A stretch of DNA of 64,000 nt from an uncultured Clostridia bacterium (lineage in GTDB: Bacteria; Bacillota; Clostridia; TANB77; CAG-508). Within the stretch, counting starts at the first letter, position 1; each line of letters starts with the position of its first letter. This document shows positions 44,869 through 53,227 of the stretch, one piece after another. The notes under the pieces are model-generated. The model had not been told where the DNA came from. It made no database searches and saw nothing but the letters and a program-made list of their open reading frames with translations. The stretch spans positions 6,510 to 70,509 of the forward strand of contig CAKPCK010000003.1 in NCBI GenBank assembly GCA_934141555.1, read 5' to 3'. A program made the position numbers and the translations under genes.

Positions 44869-44941
44869 TTTGACAAGTTATGTAAATTATGATATAATTA
44901 ATTATGTTATGTTAATATAAAATTATTTTAGGAGGAATAAA

Positions 44942-45127
44942 ATGAGTATATATGGATTTATTCATAATAATCATATTTTAGATTTACAAGAAAAATTTCA
45001 ACAAAATAAACTTGATTTATCAACATTAACAGAAAACGAAATGAGTGGATTAATAGATTTATATCAAAAGCAAATTAATGAAAAAATGAGCAAAATAGAT
45101 AGAATACAAAAAAAGATTAATAATTAA
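44942..45127 (+). CDS. hypothetical small protein (61 aa)
   Basis: TAGGAGG RBS; TTGACA-17-TGaTATAAT promoter upstream; terminator downstream. Confidence 0.5.
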   Translation: MSIYGFIHNNHILDLQEKFQQNKLDLSTLTENEMSGLIDLYQKQINEKMSKIDRIQKKINN

Positions 45128-45133
45128 AGAAAA

Positions 45134-45172
45134 AGACTTATAATTTAGTTATATTAGATTATAAGTCTTTTA
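45134..45172 (+). terminator. intrinsic terminator
   Basis: agacttataat / attataagtct 11-bp perfect stem followed by a T-rich tail. Confidence 0.8.
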
Positions 45173-45218
45173 AATTTTTATATAATAATGGTCAGAGAGG
45201 TTTGGTATATATGATATG

Positions 45219-45247
45219 TTGACATATTGTTGGTGTGATGATATAAT
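45219..45247 (+). promoter_or_regulatory. consensus promoter of the 238-aa cassette
   Basis: TTGACA 45219-45224, 17-nt spacer, TGaTATAAT 45239-45247. Confidence 0.6.
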
Positions 45248-45300
45248 ACTACAGAAAATTCTTTGCAAGTATTTGCAGAGGCAATAATGGAGGTTTTAAC

Positions 45301-46017
45301 ATGAAAAGAAAAACAGCATCTATTCAACCCAAAGTAGAAACATTGGAATTGCCCTCGGAAAATACAGAGCGCCTCAATAGTCTTGCTAAGGCTTTAATTA
45401 AAGAGGCAATTGTCAACAATAAAGTCAGAAAGGATATGTATGAATTAATTGATGAGCTATGGAATGAAACATTCTTAGAGGTATATCCTCTTGAAAAAGA
45501 AAGTGATGAGGAAAAAGCATTTAGAGAAAAAGCAAAAATTTTTCTTGAAAAAAATGAAAATCAATTTAAAGCATATTTTAGCCAAATGTCTGGTGGAGAA
45601 TTGCAAAAAGTAAAACTTCCCGCACAATTAAAAAATAGATTGGGCTATAGAAAAGGTTATTGTGATAGTCAAAGATATAACTGTTGGGATGTTTTGCAAT
45701 CTATTAAACCTACAATTGAGATTGAAACATCAATTGTTCTAGAGGTTATTTGTGCTATTAATAAAGCATTTCAAGAATATGATCATATTACTGAAAAACA
45801 TATTGAAGAAATTGCTGTAAAACGGATGAATTCCATTTATGTAGAGCAAAGAAGATCTCAGGCAGTATATATAAGACTTGTGCTTGATTTGCTAGTTATT
45901 TATTTTAAACGTAACGCATCAAGTAAAGAATGTGCTGAATTTATTAATCAATTTGACTGTGAAAGCAAGTTTGAGGTGATGGTGTGTAAATTGATGTTTG
46001 AAGTTAGTAATTGTTGA
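45301..46017 (+). CDS. hypothetical protein (238 aa), GC-elevated
   Basis: TGGAGG RBS. 22 of 60 G+C in line 45361-45420. No recognisable domain; several Cys near the C-terminus. Confidence 0.6.
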   Translation: MKRKTASIQPKVETLELPSENTERLNSLAKALIKEAIVNNKVRKDMYELIDELWNETFLEVYPLEKESDEEKAFREKAKIFLEKNENQFKAYFSQMSGGELQKVKLPAQLKNRLGYRKGYCDSQRYNCWDVLQSIKPTIEIETSIVLEVICAINKAFQEYDHITEKHIEEIAVKRMNSIYVEQRRSQAVYIRLVLDLLVIYFKRNASSKECAEFINQFDCESKFEVMVCKLMFEVSNC

Positions 46018-46033
46018 TTATAAAATGACCCAA

Positions 46034-46073
46034 TTTTCTGAAATTAGAAGATTGGGCCATTTTTATTAAAAAA
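46034..46073 (+). terminator. intrinsic terminator of the 238-aa cassette
   Basis: tgacccaattttc / gaagattgggcca stem followed by ttttt. Confidence 0.8.
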
Positions 46074-46149
46074 CTATGGAAAAATATATAATTTTATGTT
46101 AAAATGGAAATGTTAAAAATGAGAATTAATAAAGGAGAATGAAATAAAT

Positions 46150-47442
46150 ATGAAAGAAATCGAATTAAGAAATGTAAAAGGAACTACAGATTATTCACCA
46201 AGAGAACAATATATAAGAAACTATATATCAGATACACTAAAAGGTGTATTTGAAAAATATGGATTTAAGCCATTACAAACACCATTATTATGTTATTATG
46301 ATTTATTAGCATTAAAATATGATGAAGAAAATGATATATTAAAAGAAGTGTATAAAGTATCTGACCAAGGAAATAGAAATTTAGCATTAAGATATGATTT
46401 AACAGTACCATTTGCAAAATATATAGCAATAAATCAAAATACAAAACTTCCATTTAAAAGATATGAAATTGGAGAAGTATTTAGAAATGGACCTGTAAAA
46501 CTAGGAAGAGATAGAGAATTTATACAATGTGATGTAGATAGTGTTGGAATAGAAGGACAATTAGTAGAAGCAGAATTTATTGCATTATATGTAGAAGCGT
46601 ATAACAAACTTGGAATAGATGTTGTAATAAAATATAATAATAGAAAGTTCTTATCAGGAATAATAATTGAAGCAGGTATATCTGAGGAATTAATTACAGA
46701 TACAATAACAATAATTGATAAATTTGAAAAATTAACAAAAGAAGAATTACAAAAGGAATTCTTAAAAATAGGATTAAATGAAGAACAAATTGAAAAATTA
46801 TATTCATATTTACAAATGAATATTGAAGAATTAATAAAATTAGAAAATAAAAATGAGGTTTTATCACAAGGAATTCAAGAACTAGAAACATTAAAACAAT
46901 ATATAAATGAGCTTGAACTAACAAAATATGTACAATTTTCACCATCATTAGCAAGAGGACAAGAATATTATACAGGAACAGTATTTGAAGTATATGTAAC
47001 AGATGGAAGTATAAAATCAAGTATTGGTGGAGGAGGTCGTTATGATAAGATGATAACAGACTTCATAAATGATGGAAAAGAATATCCAGCAGTTGGAATA
47101 AGTTTTGGATTAAATGTTATATATGAAATATTGAAAAATAGAGAAGAATTTACTGAAAATGCTTTAACAGATATATTTATAATCCCAATGGGAACACAAA
47201 TTCAATGTTTAAAAATAGCAGAAATAATGAGAAAAGCAGGATATAGAGTTGAAGTTGAAATGAAGACAAGAAAAATGAAAAAATCATTAGAATATGCAAA
47301 TGAAGAAAATATACCATATGTATTTATATTAGGAGAAGATGAATTAGCTCAAAATAATATAGCGGTAAAAAATATGAAAGAAAAAACTCAAGATATTATT
47401 AGTATAGATAATTTAGTGGAGAATTTTGAAAAAATAAAGTAA
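46150..47442 (+). CDS. hisS: histidine--tRNA ligase
   Basis: GTTDYSP, RYDLTVPFAKY, class II motif 2-like FRNGPVKLGRDREFIQCD, GGGRYD, C-terminal anticodon-binding domain. Confidence 0.85.
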   Translation: MKEIELRNVKGTTDYSPREQYIRNYISDTLKGVFEKYGFKPLQTPLLCYYDLLALKYDEENDILKEVYKVSDQGNRNLALRYDLTVPFAKYIAINQNTKLPFKRYEIGEVFRNGPVKLGRDREFIQCDVDSVGIEGQLVEAEFIALYVEAYNKLGIDVVIKYNNRKFLSGIIIEAGISEELITDTITIIDKFEKLTKEELQKEFLKIGLNEEQIEKLYSYLQMNIEELIKLENKNEVLSQGIQELETLKQYINELELTKYVQFSPSLARGQEYYTGTVFEVYVTDGSIKSSIGGGGRYDKMITDFINDGKEYPAVGISFGLNVIYEILKNREEFTENALTDIFIIPMGTQIQCLKIAEIMRKAGYRVEVEMKTRKMKKSLEYANEENIPYVFILGEDELAQNNIAVKNMKEKTQDIISIDNLVENFEKIK

Positions 47443-47446
47443 AATA

Positions 47447-47475
47447 TTTACATTTATGTTAAGTAGTGATATAAT
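47447..47475 (+). promoter_or_regulatory. promoter of the 90-aa cassette, starting 5 nt after the hisS stop
   Basis: TTTACA 47447-47452, 17-nt spacer, TGaTATAAT 47467-47475. Confidence 0.55.
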
Positions 47476-47509
47476 AATGAAAGTTCTATACTATAAGGAG
47501 GATGGCTTA

Positions 47510-47782
47510 ATGAGAGTTTGCGCAAAATCTTTATATCCAGCTCCACTTTTGGATATTGAAATCACAGCTGAACAAATGAGTGAAGGAAGTCAAGCTATTC
47601 GGGAAATATTAAAACTTATTGATAGTGCACAGGAAAAATATAAGGCAATTCCTAATGAGCAATATTCTCCAACAATGCTTAAAACAATTCAAAAAGGAAT
47701 GTTGAGCATTAAATGTGAATTAATATTTCCTAAAGCAGAAAACACAATGGAATTTGTATTTGGCATAGGTGGAATGTTCTAA
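47510..47782 (+). CDS. hypothetical protein (90 aa), GC-elevated
   Basis: AAGGAGG RBS. 22 of 60 G+C in line 47521-47580. No recognisable domain. Confidence 0.55.
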   Translation: MRVCAKSLYPAPLLDIEITAEQMSEGSQAIREILKLIDSAQEKYKAIPNEQYSPTMLKTIQKGMLSIKCELIFPKAENTMEFVFGIGGMF

Positions 47783-47797
47783 TTAAGCTAAAACCAA

Positions 47798-47829
47798 AAG
47801 GTACTCTCAAATTAGGGAGTGCCTTTTTA
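47798..47829 (+). terminator. intrinsic terminator
   Basis: aaggtactctc / gggagtgcctt stem (wobbles) followed by ttttt. Confidence 0.75.
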
Positions 47830-47888
47830 TAATATAAAATATTTTAATAAAAACTATAGACAATACATATAATATGTAATATAATATC

Positions 47889-47909
47889 ATCTAGTATTAA
47901 ATACTAGAT
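47889..47909. promoter_or_regulatory. perfect 10-1-10 palindrome in the hemolysin-III leader (candidate operator or 5'-UTR hairpin)
   Basis: ATCTAGTATT-A-AATACTAGAT, lying between the -10-like TAATATAAT and the AAAGGAGG RBS. Confidence 0.5.
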
Positions 47910-47927
47910 AACAAAGGAGGATTAGTA

Positions 47928-48602
47928 ATGAAAAGAACAAAATTAAAAGATAGAGTATTACCAACATATACAAAAGGAGAAGAGATATTTAATATGGTTT
48001 CACATATTGTTGGAGGAGCATTAGGGATAATAACAACAATACTTGCAATTGTAATTGGGGCAATTCGCCACAATGGATATGGGATTGTAAGTGGTATCAT
48101 TTTTGGAGTATCAATGATATTTTTATATACAATGTCAAGCATATATCATGGACTTAGTCCTAAAAAATTGTCAAAAAAAGTAATGCAAATAATGGACCAT
48201 TGTGCGATATTTGTACTTATAGCAGGCTCATATACACCATTTGCATTATGTACATTAAGAGAATATTCAACTGCTCTTGGTTGGACTATATTTGCTATAA
48301 TTTGGATTTTTGCAGCATTAGGAATAACATTAAATGCAATTGATTTAAAAAAGTATAAAATATTTTCAATGATTTGTTATTTAGTAATGGGATGGTGTAT
48401 AATAATAAAAGCAAACCTATTACCAAAATTACTTACAATGCCTGGATTTATATTATTATTACTAGGTGGAATTATTTATACAATTGGTGCAGTATTATAT
48501 GGATTAGGAAAAAAACATAAATATATACACTCAATTTTTCATTTAAGTGTATTTTTTGGAAATTTATTACATGTAATATGTATATTAATGTATGTAATTT
48601 AA
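47928..48602 (+). CDS. hemolysin III family (PAQR) membrane protein
   Basis: 7-TM protein with the SSIYH, DHCAIF and HxxxH (HSIFH) motifs. Confidence 0.85.
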   Translation: MKRTKLKDRVLPTYTKGEEIFNMVSHIVGGALGIITTILAIVIGAIRHNGYGIVSGIIFGVSMIFLYTMSSIYHGLSPKKLSKKVMQIMDHCAIFVLIAGSYTPFALCTLREYSTALGWTIFAIIWIFAALGITLNAIDLKKYKIFSMICYLVMGWCIIIKANLLPKLLTMPGFILLLLGGIIYTIGAVLYGLGKKHKYIHSIFHLSVFFGNLLHVICILMYVI

Positions 48603-48680
48603 TGGTGAAAGATGTCGATGAAATGTTTATAAATCTTTAAATAATATATTGAAAATAAATAAAAATTATGTTAATATTTA

Positions 48681-48708
48681 AACATACTAAATTTTAGTAT
48701 GTTTTTTT
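48681..48708 (+). terminator. intrinsic terminator after the hlyIII-family gene
   Basis: aacatacta / tagtatgtt stem followed by T-run. Confidence 0.8.
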
Positions 48709-48759
48709 CTATATAGAAATTTTAATTCAAAAATATTAATTCAAGAAAGGAAATTCAAA

Positions 48760-50616
48760 GTGAAATTCAAGAAAATATTAAATATAATTTTAGTGGTATT
48801 TATTTTAATAAATGCTTTTCAAAACTATGCCAATGCAAATCCGATACCAATGGAAGAAGTTTACATAGAAGATTTAGGAGAATGTGAAAGACATATACAA
48901 TATTATCGAGAAAGTGATGGTGTTTGGAGTTATATAATAACAAATATGGTAGGATATAGAATAAATGGTAAATTACATTATGCATATTGTATGCAACGTG
49001 ATAGAAAAGGAGTTGGAGGAGAAAATGATGGATATAATGTAAAAATAAGTGATATGATACAAAATCCAGAAGTATGGAGAGCAATAATAAATGGTTTTCC
49101 ATATAAAACAGCAGAAGAATTAGATGTGAAAAATGATCAAGATGCATTTGTTGCCACAAAACAAGCAATATATAGTGTTATGTATGGATGGAATGTAGAT
49201 TTGAGATATGTTGGCGTTGATGATGAAGGATGGAGAATTGTTGATGCGATAAGAAAAATAGTGAATTCGGCAAGAAATGGTACAGATACACCAAACAAAA
49301 CAAATTTATTAACAATTAGTAAGGTTGGAGAACTAAAAAAAGAATCAGAACAATATTATTCCCAAGAGTTTGAAGTAAATAGCAATGTCGAAATGGAAAA
49401 CTATGAAATAACGAATATAAAAAATTTCCCTAAAGGAAGTTTTTCAGTAGATATAAATAATAACAAAAGAACCATATTTACTGGTGGTAAAAATTTTAAA
49501 ATATTAATACCAACAAATAAAATTACAGAAAATTTTGAAGGAACTGTAACAATAAGTGGAAAGTTAAAAACTTATCCAATTTTTTATGGAGAAAGCTATG
49601 ATAAAGAAAGACAAGACTATGCTTTAACATATGATTCATTCGAAAAAATAAATGCAGAAGTTTCAATAAATGTAAATGCATATAAATCTAAATTAAAAAT
49701 TTATAAAACAGATTCAGAAACAAATAAACCAATTGAAGGTGTTGAATTTAATTTTAAATATGAGAATGGAAAAAATATAGGAAATTATAAAACAGATAAA
49801 AATGGAATAATTGAGATTAATAATTTAAGACAGGGAAAAATTGTAATAACAGAAATAAAAACTCAAAATCAGTATATATTAGATGAAAATAAAAGAGAAG
49901 TTATATTAGGATATGAAGATGAAAAAGAAGTAAAAATAGAAAATAGCAGGAAAAAAGGAAATATCAATATATTAAAAGTTGACAAGGATGATAATAAAAC
50001 AACAATAGAAGGAGTTGAATTTGATTTGCTTGATTCAACTGGAAAAAATATAATAAAACATGTTAAGACAGATAAAAATGGAAAAGCAGAAATAAAAAAT
50101 CTTGATATAGGAAAGTATATATTAAGAGAAACTAAAACAAAAAAAGAATATAAAATTGCTCTTGAACAAACTGTAACAATTGAATGGGGAAAAACATTAA
50201 ATTTAACAATTGAAAATGAAAAAATGAAAGGGAAAATAAAAATTATAAAAATAAGTGAGGACGATAATCTAATAACAGGAGAAATGGCAGGGACACCGAT
50301 TGAAAATGTAAGATTTGAGATATATGATGATTCTGGAAAATTAGTAGATACACTTATTACTAAAGATGATGGAATTGCAATTTCAAAAGATTTAGTAGTA
50401 GGAAAATATATAATTAAAGAAAAAGAAACAGGAGAATATTATGAAATAAATGAAAAAGACTTTGAAGTTGAAATAACTAAAAATGGAGAAGTAGTAGATT
50501 TAACAATAAGCAATAAATCTAAAACTCCACCACCAGAAGAGCCAAAAGAAGAAACTCCTAAAATAGAAGTTCCTCCTATTGAGCCAATCACCAAGTTACC
50601 TGTTACAGGATATTAA
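48760..50616 (+). CDS. surface adhesin with thioester-like N-terminal domain and CnaB/SpaA-type repeats; LPVTG motif but no membrane anchor
   Basis: GTG start after AAAGGAAA; signal peptide. YAYCMQ and TKQAIYSVMYGW resemble the thioester Cys and Gln motifs. Three repeats of the K(I/V)xK(T/V/I)D...EGVEF... type, a Pro-rich stalk, and an end of ...KLPVTGY-stop. Confidence 0.7.
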   Translation: MKFKKILNIILVVFILINAFQNYANANPIPMEEVYIEDLGECERHIQYYRESDGVWSYIITNMVGYRINGKLHYAYCMQRDRKGVGGENDGYNVKISDMIQNPEVWRAIINGFPYKTAEELDVKNDQDAFVATKQAIYSVMYGWNVDLRYVGVDDEGWRIVDAIRKIVNSARNGTDTPNKTNLLTISKVGELKKESEQYYSQEFEVNSNVEMENYEITNIKNFPKGSFSVDINNNKRTIFTGGKNFKILIPTNKITENFEGTVTISGKLKTYPIFYGESYDKERQDYALTYDSFEKINAEVSINVNAYKSKLKIYKTDSETNKPIEGVEFNFKYENGKNIGNYKTDKNGIIEINNLRQGKIVITEIKTQNQYILDENKREVILGYEDEKEVKIENSRKKGNINILKVDKDDNKTTIEGVEFDLLDSTGKNIIKHVKTDKNGKAEIKNLDIGKYILRETKTKKEYKIALEQTVTIEWGKTLNLTIENEKMKGKIKIIKISEDDNLITGEMAGTPIENVRFEIYDDSGKLVDTLITKDDGIAISKDLVVGKYIIKEKETGEYYEINEKDFEVEITKNGEVVDLTISNKSKTPPPEEPKEETPKIEVPPIEPITKLPVTGY

Positions 50617-50628
50617 AAATTTAGTATT

Positions 50629-51357
50629 TTAATCTTTGATTTTTAAACTACTATCTAAAGCAAGTTTAATCATATTAGTTAGTCCTGTTTGTCTTTCTTC
50701 AGGTGTTGCAACTTCTTTAATATATTTTGAATCAACAACACTCATAATACAAGCTGCTTTTTGATTAAGAACTTTTGCTACATAAAATAATGCAAAAGCT
50801 TCCATTTCAGCTGAAACAGGATTAAAATCTTTTGGTACTCTATCTAAAAATTTATTTACATCTGTCATGTATAAATCAAAACAATCTGTACAAACAGTAT
50901 TTCCTTTACATAAACTTATATTATTCTCTTTTGCTGTTTCTTCAAGAATCTTATTTAATTCATGATTTCCAGAAACTATATGACAATCTTCATTATTTAA
51001 TGTTAAAGCAAAATTTCCCTCGCTAAATACATTTTCAGCAAGTATAATATCAAATAATTTTAATTCTGGCTTATAAGAGCCACAAGAACCAATTCTTATA
51101 ATATTTTCAACTCCATAGTATTTATATAATTCATATGAATATATTCCCATACTTGGCATTCCCATTCCAGAAGCCATAATAGTTAATTCTTTTCCTTTAT
51201 ATTTTCCTGTATAAGCAAATATTCCTCTTACAGAATTTACTAATTTGTAATTATCTAAAAAATTTTCAGCAATATATTTAGCTCTTAAAGGATCTCCTGG
51301 CATAATAACAGTTTTTGCAATATCTCCTAAGTTTGCTTCATTATGTGGTGTAGACAT
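50629..51357 (-). CDS. deoD: purine nucleoside phosphorylase, DeoD type
   Basis: MSTPHNEANLGDIAKTVIMPGDPLRAKYIAENFL..., SGMGMPS, RIGSCG. Confidence 0.9.
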   Translation of the reverse strand: MSTPHNEANLGDIAKTVIMPGDPLRAKYIAENFLDNYKLVNSVRGIFAYTGKYKGKELTIMASGMGMPSMGIYSYELYKYYGVENIIRIGSCGSYKPELKLFDIILAENVFSEGNFALTLNNEDCHIVSGNHELNKILEETAKENNISLCKGNTVCTDCFDLYMTDVNKFLDRVPKDFNPVSAEMEAFALFYVAKVLNQKAACIMSVVDSKYIKEVATPEERQTGLTNMIKLALDSSLKIKD

Positions 51358-51493
51358 AAAATACCTCCTCTATATAAAATATTTCAAAAAAATTATAACA
51401 ATAAAAATATAAAATAGCAATAAAACTTGTAACATTTTTCCATATAAGTACATATAATTATTATGAAATAATTTATGAAAGGAAAGTGATTTT

Positions 51494-51862
51494 ATGGCAA
51501 ATAGTGAAGAAAATATAAATAAGGATAAAAATGAAAACAGAAACATTAACATAGAACAAAATTCACCTGAAATTTTAACAAATCCAATATATACACCTGC
51601 ATTTTTAAGAGAACAAATAGGAAGATTAATGAGAGTAGAATTTCTAATTGGAACCAATAATATGGTTGATAGAATAGGAATTCTAGAAGATGTAGGAGCA
51701 AGTTACATATTATTGAGGTCTTTTGAAAATGATAGTTTGGTGTATTGTGATATCTATTCAATAAAATTTATTACAATTTCAACAACAGGATTTTATGGGA
51801 GTATAAATAATATGAATAGTATGAACAATATGGGAACACCAAACAGATTTAATTATTTTTAA
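51494..51862 (+). CDS. gerQ: spore coat protein GerQ-like
   Basis: The C-terminal region (LRSFENDSLVYCDIYSIKFITI, preceded by IGRLMRVEFLIG) resembles the GerQ/YwdL core. Confidence 0.5.
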   Translation: MANSEENINKDKNENRNINIEQNSPEILTNPIYTPAFLREQIGRLMRVEFLIGTNNMVDRIGILEDVGASYILLRSFENDSLVYCDIYSIKFITISTTGFYGSINNMNSMNNMGTPNRFNYF

Positions 51863-51891
51863 TTGACATTTATGTAAATAAATAGTATAAT
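51863..51891 (+). promoter_or_regulatory. consensus promoter placed between the gerQ stop and its terminator
   Basis: TTGACA 51863-51868, 17-nt spacer, TATAAT 51886-51891. Confidence 0.55.
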
Positions 51892-51894
51892 TTG

Positions 51895-51931
51895 AAACGA
51901 TATAGTTAAATACTATGTCGTTTACTTTTTT
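51895..51931 (+). terminator. intrinsic terminator (gerQ) whose 5' arm overlaps the predicted start site of the nested promoter
   Basis: aaacgatatagt / actatgtcgttt 12-bp stem (one G-U) followed by actttttt. Confidence 0.6.
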
Positions 51932-52018
51932 CTACTAATTAGTAGGAGGAAAATCCTCTAGCTTTTTAGTTTTACATATATTTTTATACATCAATAAAAG
52001 CAGTAAAGGAGGAAAAAT

Positions 52019-52525
52019 ATGTTAAGCATTATTATTGGAGCCGTAATTATAGTTGTTTTGATTTTTGTTGGTATTGAGTTTGGAATTAATGACACAATAT
52101 TTTCAGTGATTTTTGTAGTTGTAGTTATAGGGGCTGGTGGAATTGGACTGTTTTATCCTGCAAAAGGTTTTACTGATTGGCAACTTGTAAAAGAAACAGA
52201 ATTAGTAACATTATCAAATTCTGTTGCATCCCAGGGAAGTGGCAGAATGTTTTATGTTTCTATTTCTGCAGATAATGTATATTCTTACAGATATGAAATT
52301 GAATCAGAGTTTAAAACAGAAGGTTCTAAATCATATAAAGTTGATACTGTTAGTGGAGATAATGTCGAAGAAATTGAAGAAGCTAATTCTTCCAAAGCAA
52401 TACTTCAAGAATATCATCGTAAAGGAAAAATGTCAATTTGGTCTTTTGCATTTTTGAGTGATGAAACTAGATATGTGTTTAGAGTTCCTAAAGGCACGAT
52501 TTCGAGAGAAATTGCTTTGAAATAA
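52019..52525 (+). CDS. hypothetical membrane protein (168 aa, two N-terminal TM helices)
   Basis: AAAGGAGG RBS. T-rich codon style unlike the A-rich neighbours. No recognisable domain. Confidence 0.55.
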   Translation: MLSIIIGAVIIVVLIFVGIEFGINDTIFSVIFVVVVIGAGGIGLFYPAKGFTDWQLVKETELVTLSNSVASQGSGRMFYVSISADNVYSYRYEIESEFKTEGSKSYKVDTVSGDNVEEIEEANSSKAILQEYHRKGKMSIWSFAFLSDETRYVFRVPKGTISREIALK

Positions 52526-52533
52526 TGCAATAA

Positions 52534-52582
52534 AGTCAGAGAATTTGTAATTTTTATTAATTATAAATTTCTCTGGCTTTTT
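52534..52582 (+). terminator. intrinsic terminator
   Basis: agtcagagaattt / aaatttctctggct stem followed by ttttt. Confidence 0.7.
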
Positions 52583-52647
52583 ATATATGAATTTATTGTA
52601 AACAAAAAAACAATATGATATACTAAAAATGTAAGGAGAAAAAAGAT

Positions 52648-53211
52648 ATGGAAGAAATAATAATAGCAACATCAAATAAAGGAAAAGTAAAAGAGGCACA
52701 AGGAATTTTAAAAAAATTTAAAGTAATTCCAATGAGTGAAATTGGTGTTAATATAGATGTGGAAGAAGATGGAAAAACATTTAAAGAAAATGCTATAAAA
52801 AAAGCAAAAACAATAGCACAAGAAATTAATAAAATATGTTTAGCTGATGATTCTGGCATTGAAATTGAATATTTGAATGGATTTCCAGGAGTAATTACAA
52901 AAAGGTGGCATAGTGGAACAGATAGAGAAAGAAATATGGCACTATTGGAAAAATTAATAGGAATACCAAAAGAAAAAAGAAAAATAAAATTTATAACAGC
53001 AATTGCTTTATCAGATGGAAATACAACAATTTGTAAAGAAGGAATAATAGAAGGATATGTAGCAAACGAACCAAGAGGAAATAATGGATTTGGATTTGAT
53101 GAGATATTTGAATTAGAAAATGGAAAGACTTTAGCAGAATTAACTCAAGTTGAAAAGAATGAGATTAGTGCAAGAAAAATTGCATTAGAACAAATAGAAA
53201 AATTAATATAA
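52648..53211 (+). CDS. rdgB: XTP/dITP diphosphatase (canonical Ham1/RdgB)
   Basis: ATSNKGKVKE, EEDGKTFKENAIKKA, DDSGIEIEYLNGFPGV, RGNNGFGFDEIF. Confidence 0.85.
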   Translation: MEEIIIATSNKGKVKEAQGILKKFKVIPMSEIGVNIDVEEDGKTFKENAIKKAKTIAQEINKICLADDSGIEIEYLNGFPGVITKRWHSGTDRERNMALLEKLIGIPKEKRKIKFITAIALSDGNTTICKEGIIEGYVANEPRGNNGFGFDEIFELENGKTLAELTQVEKNEISARKIALEQIEKLI

Positions 53212-53227
53212 GAATAGGAGAAAACAT

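Noticed and set aside
52224-52457. An alternative-frame 77-aa + strand ORF inside the 168-aa membrane-protein gene.
   Set aside because: It is fully nested in a longer ORF that has a strong RBS and TM helices, and it has no RBS of its own.
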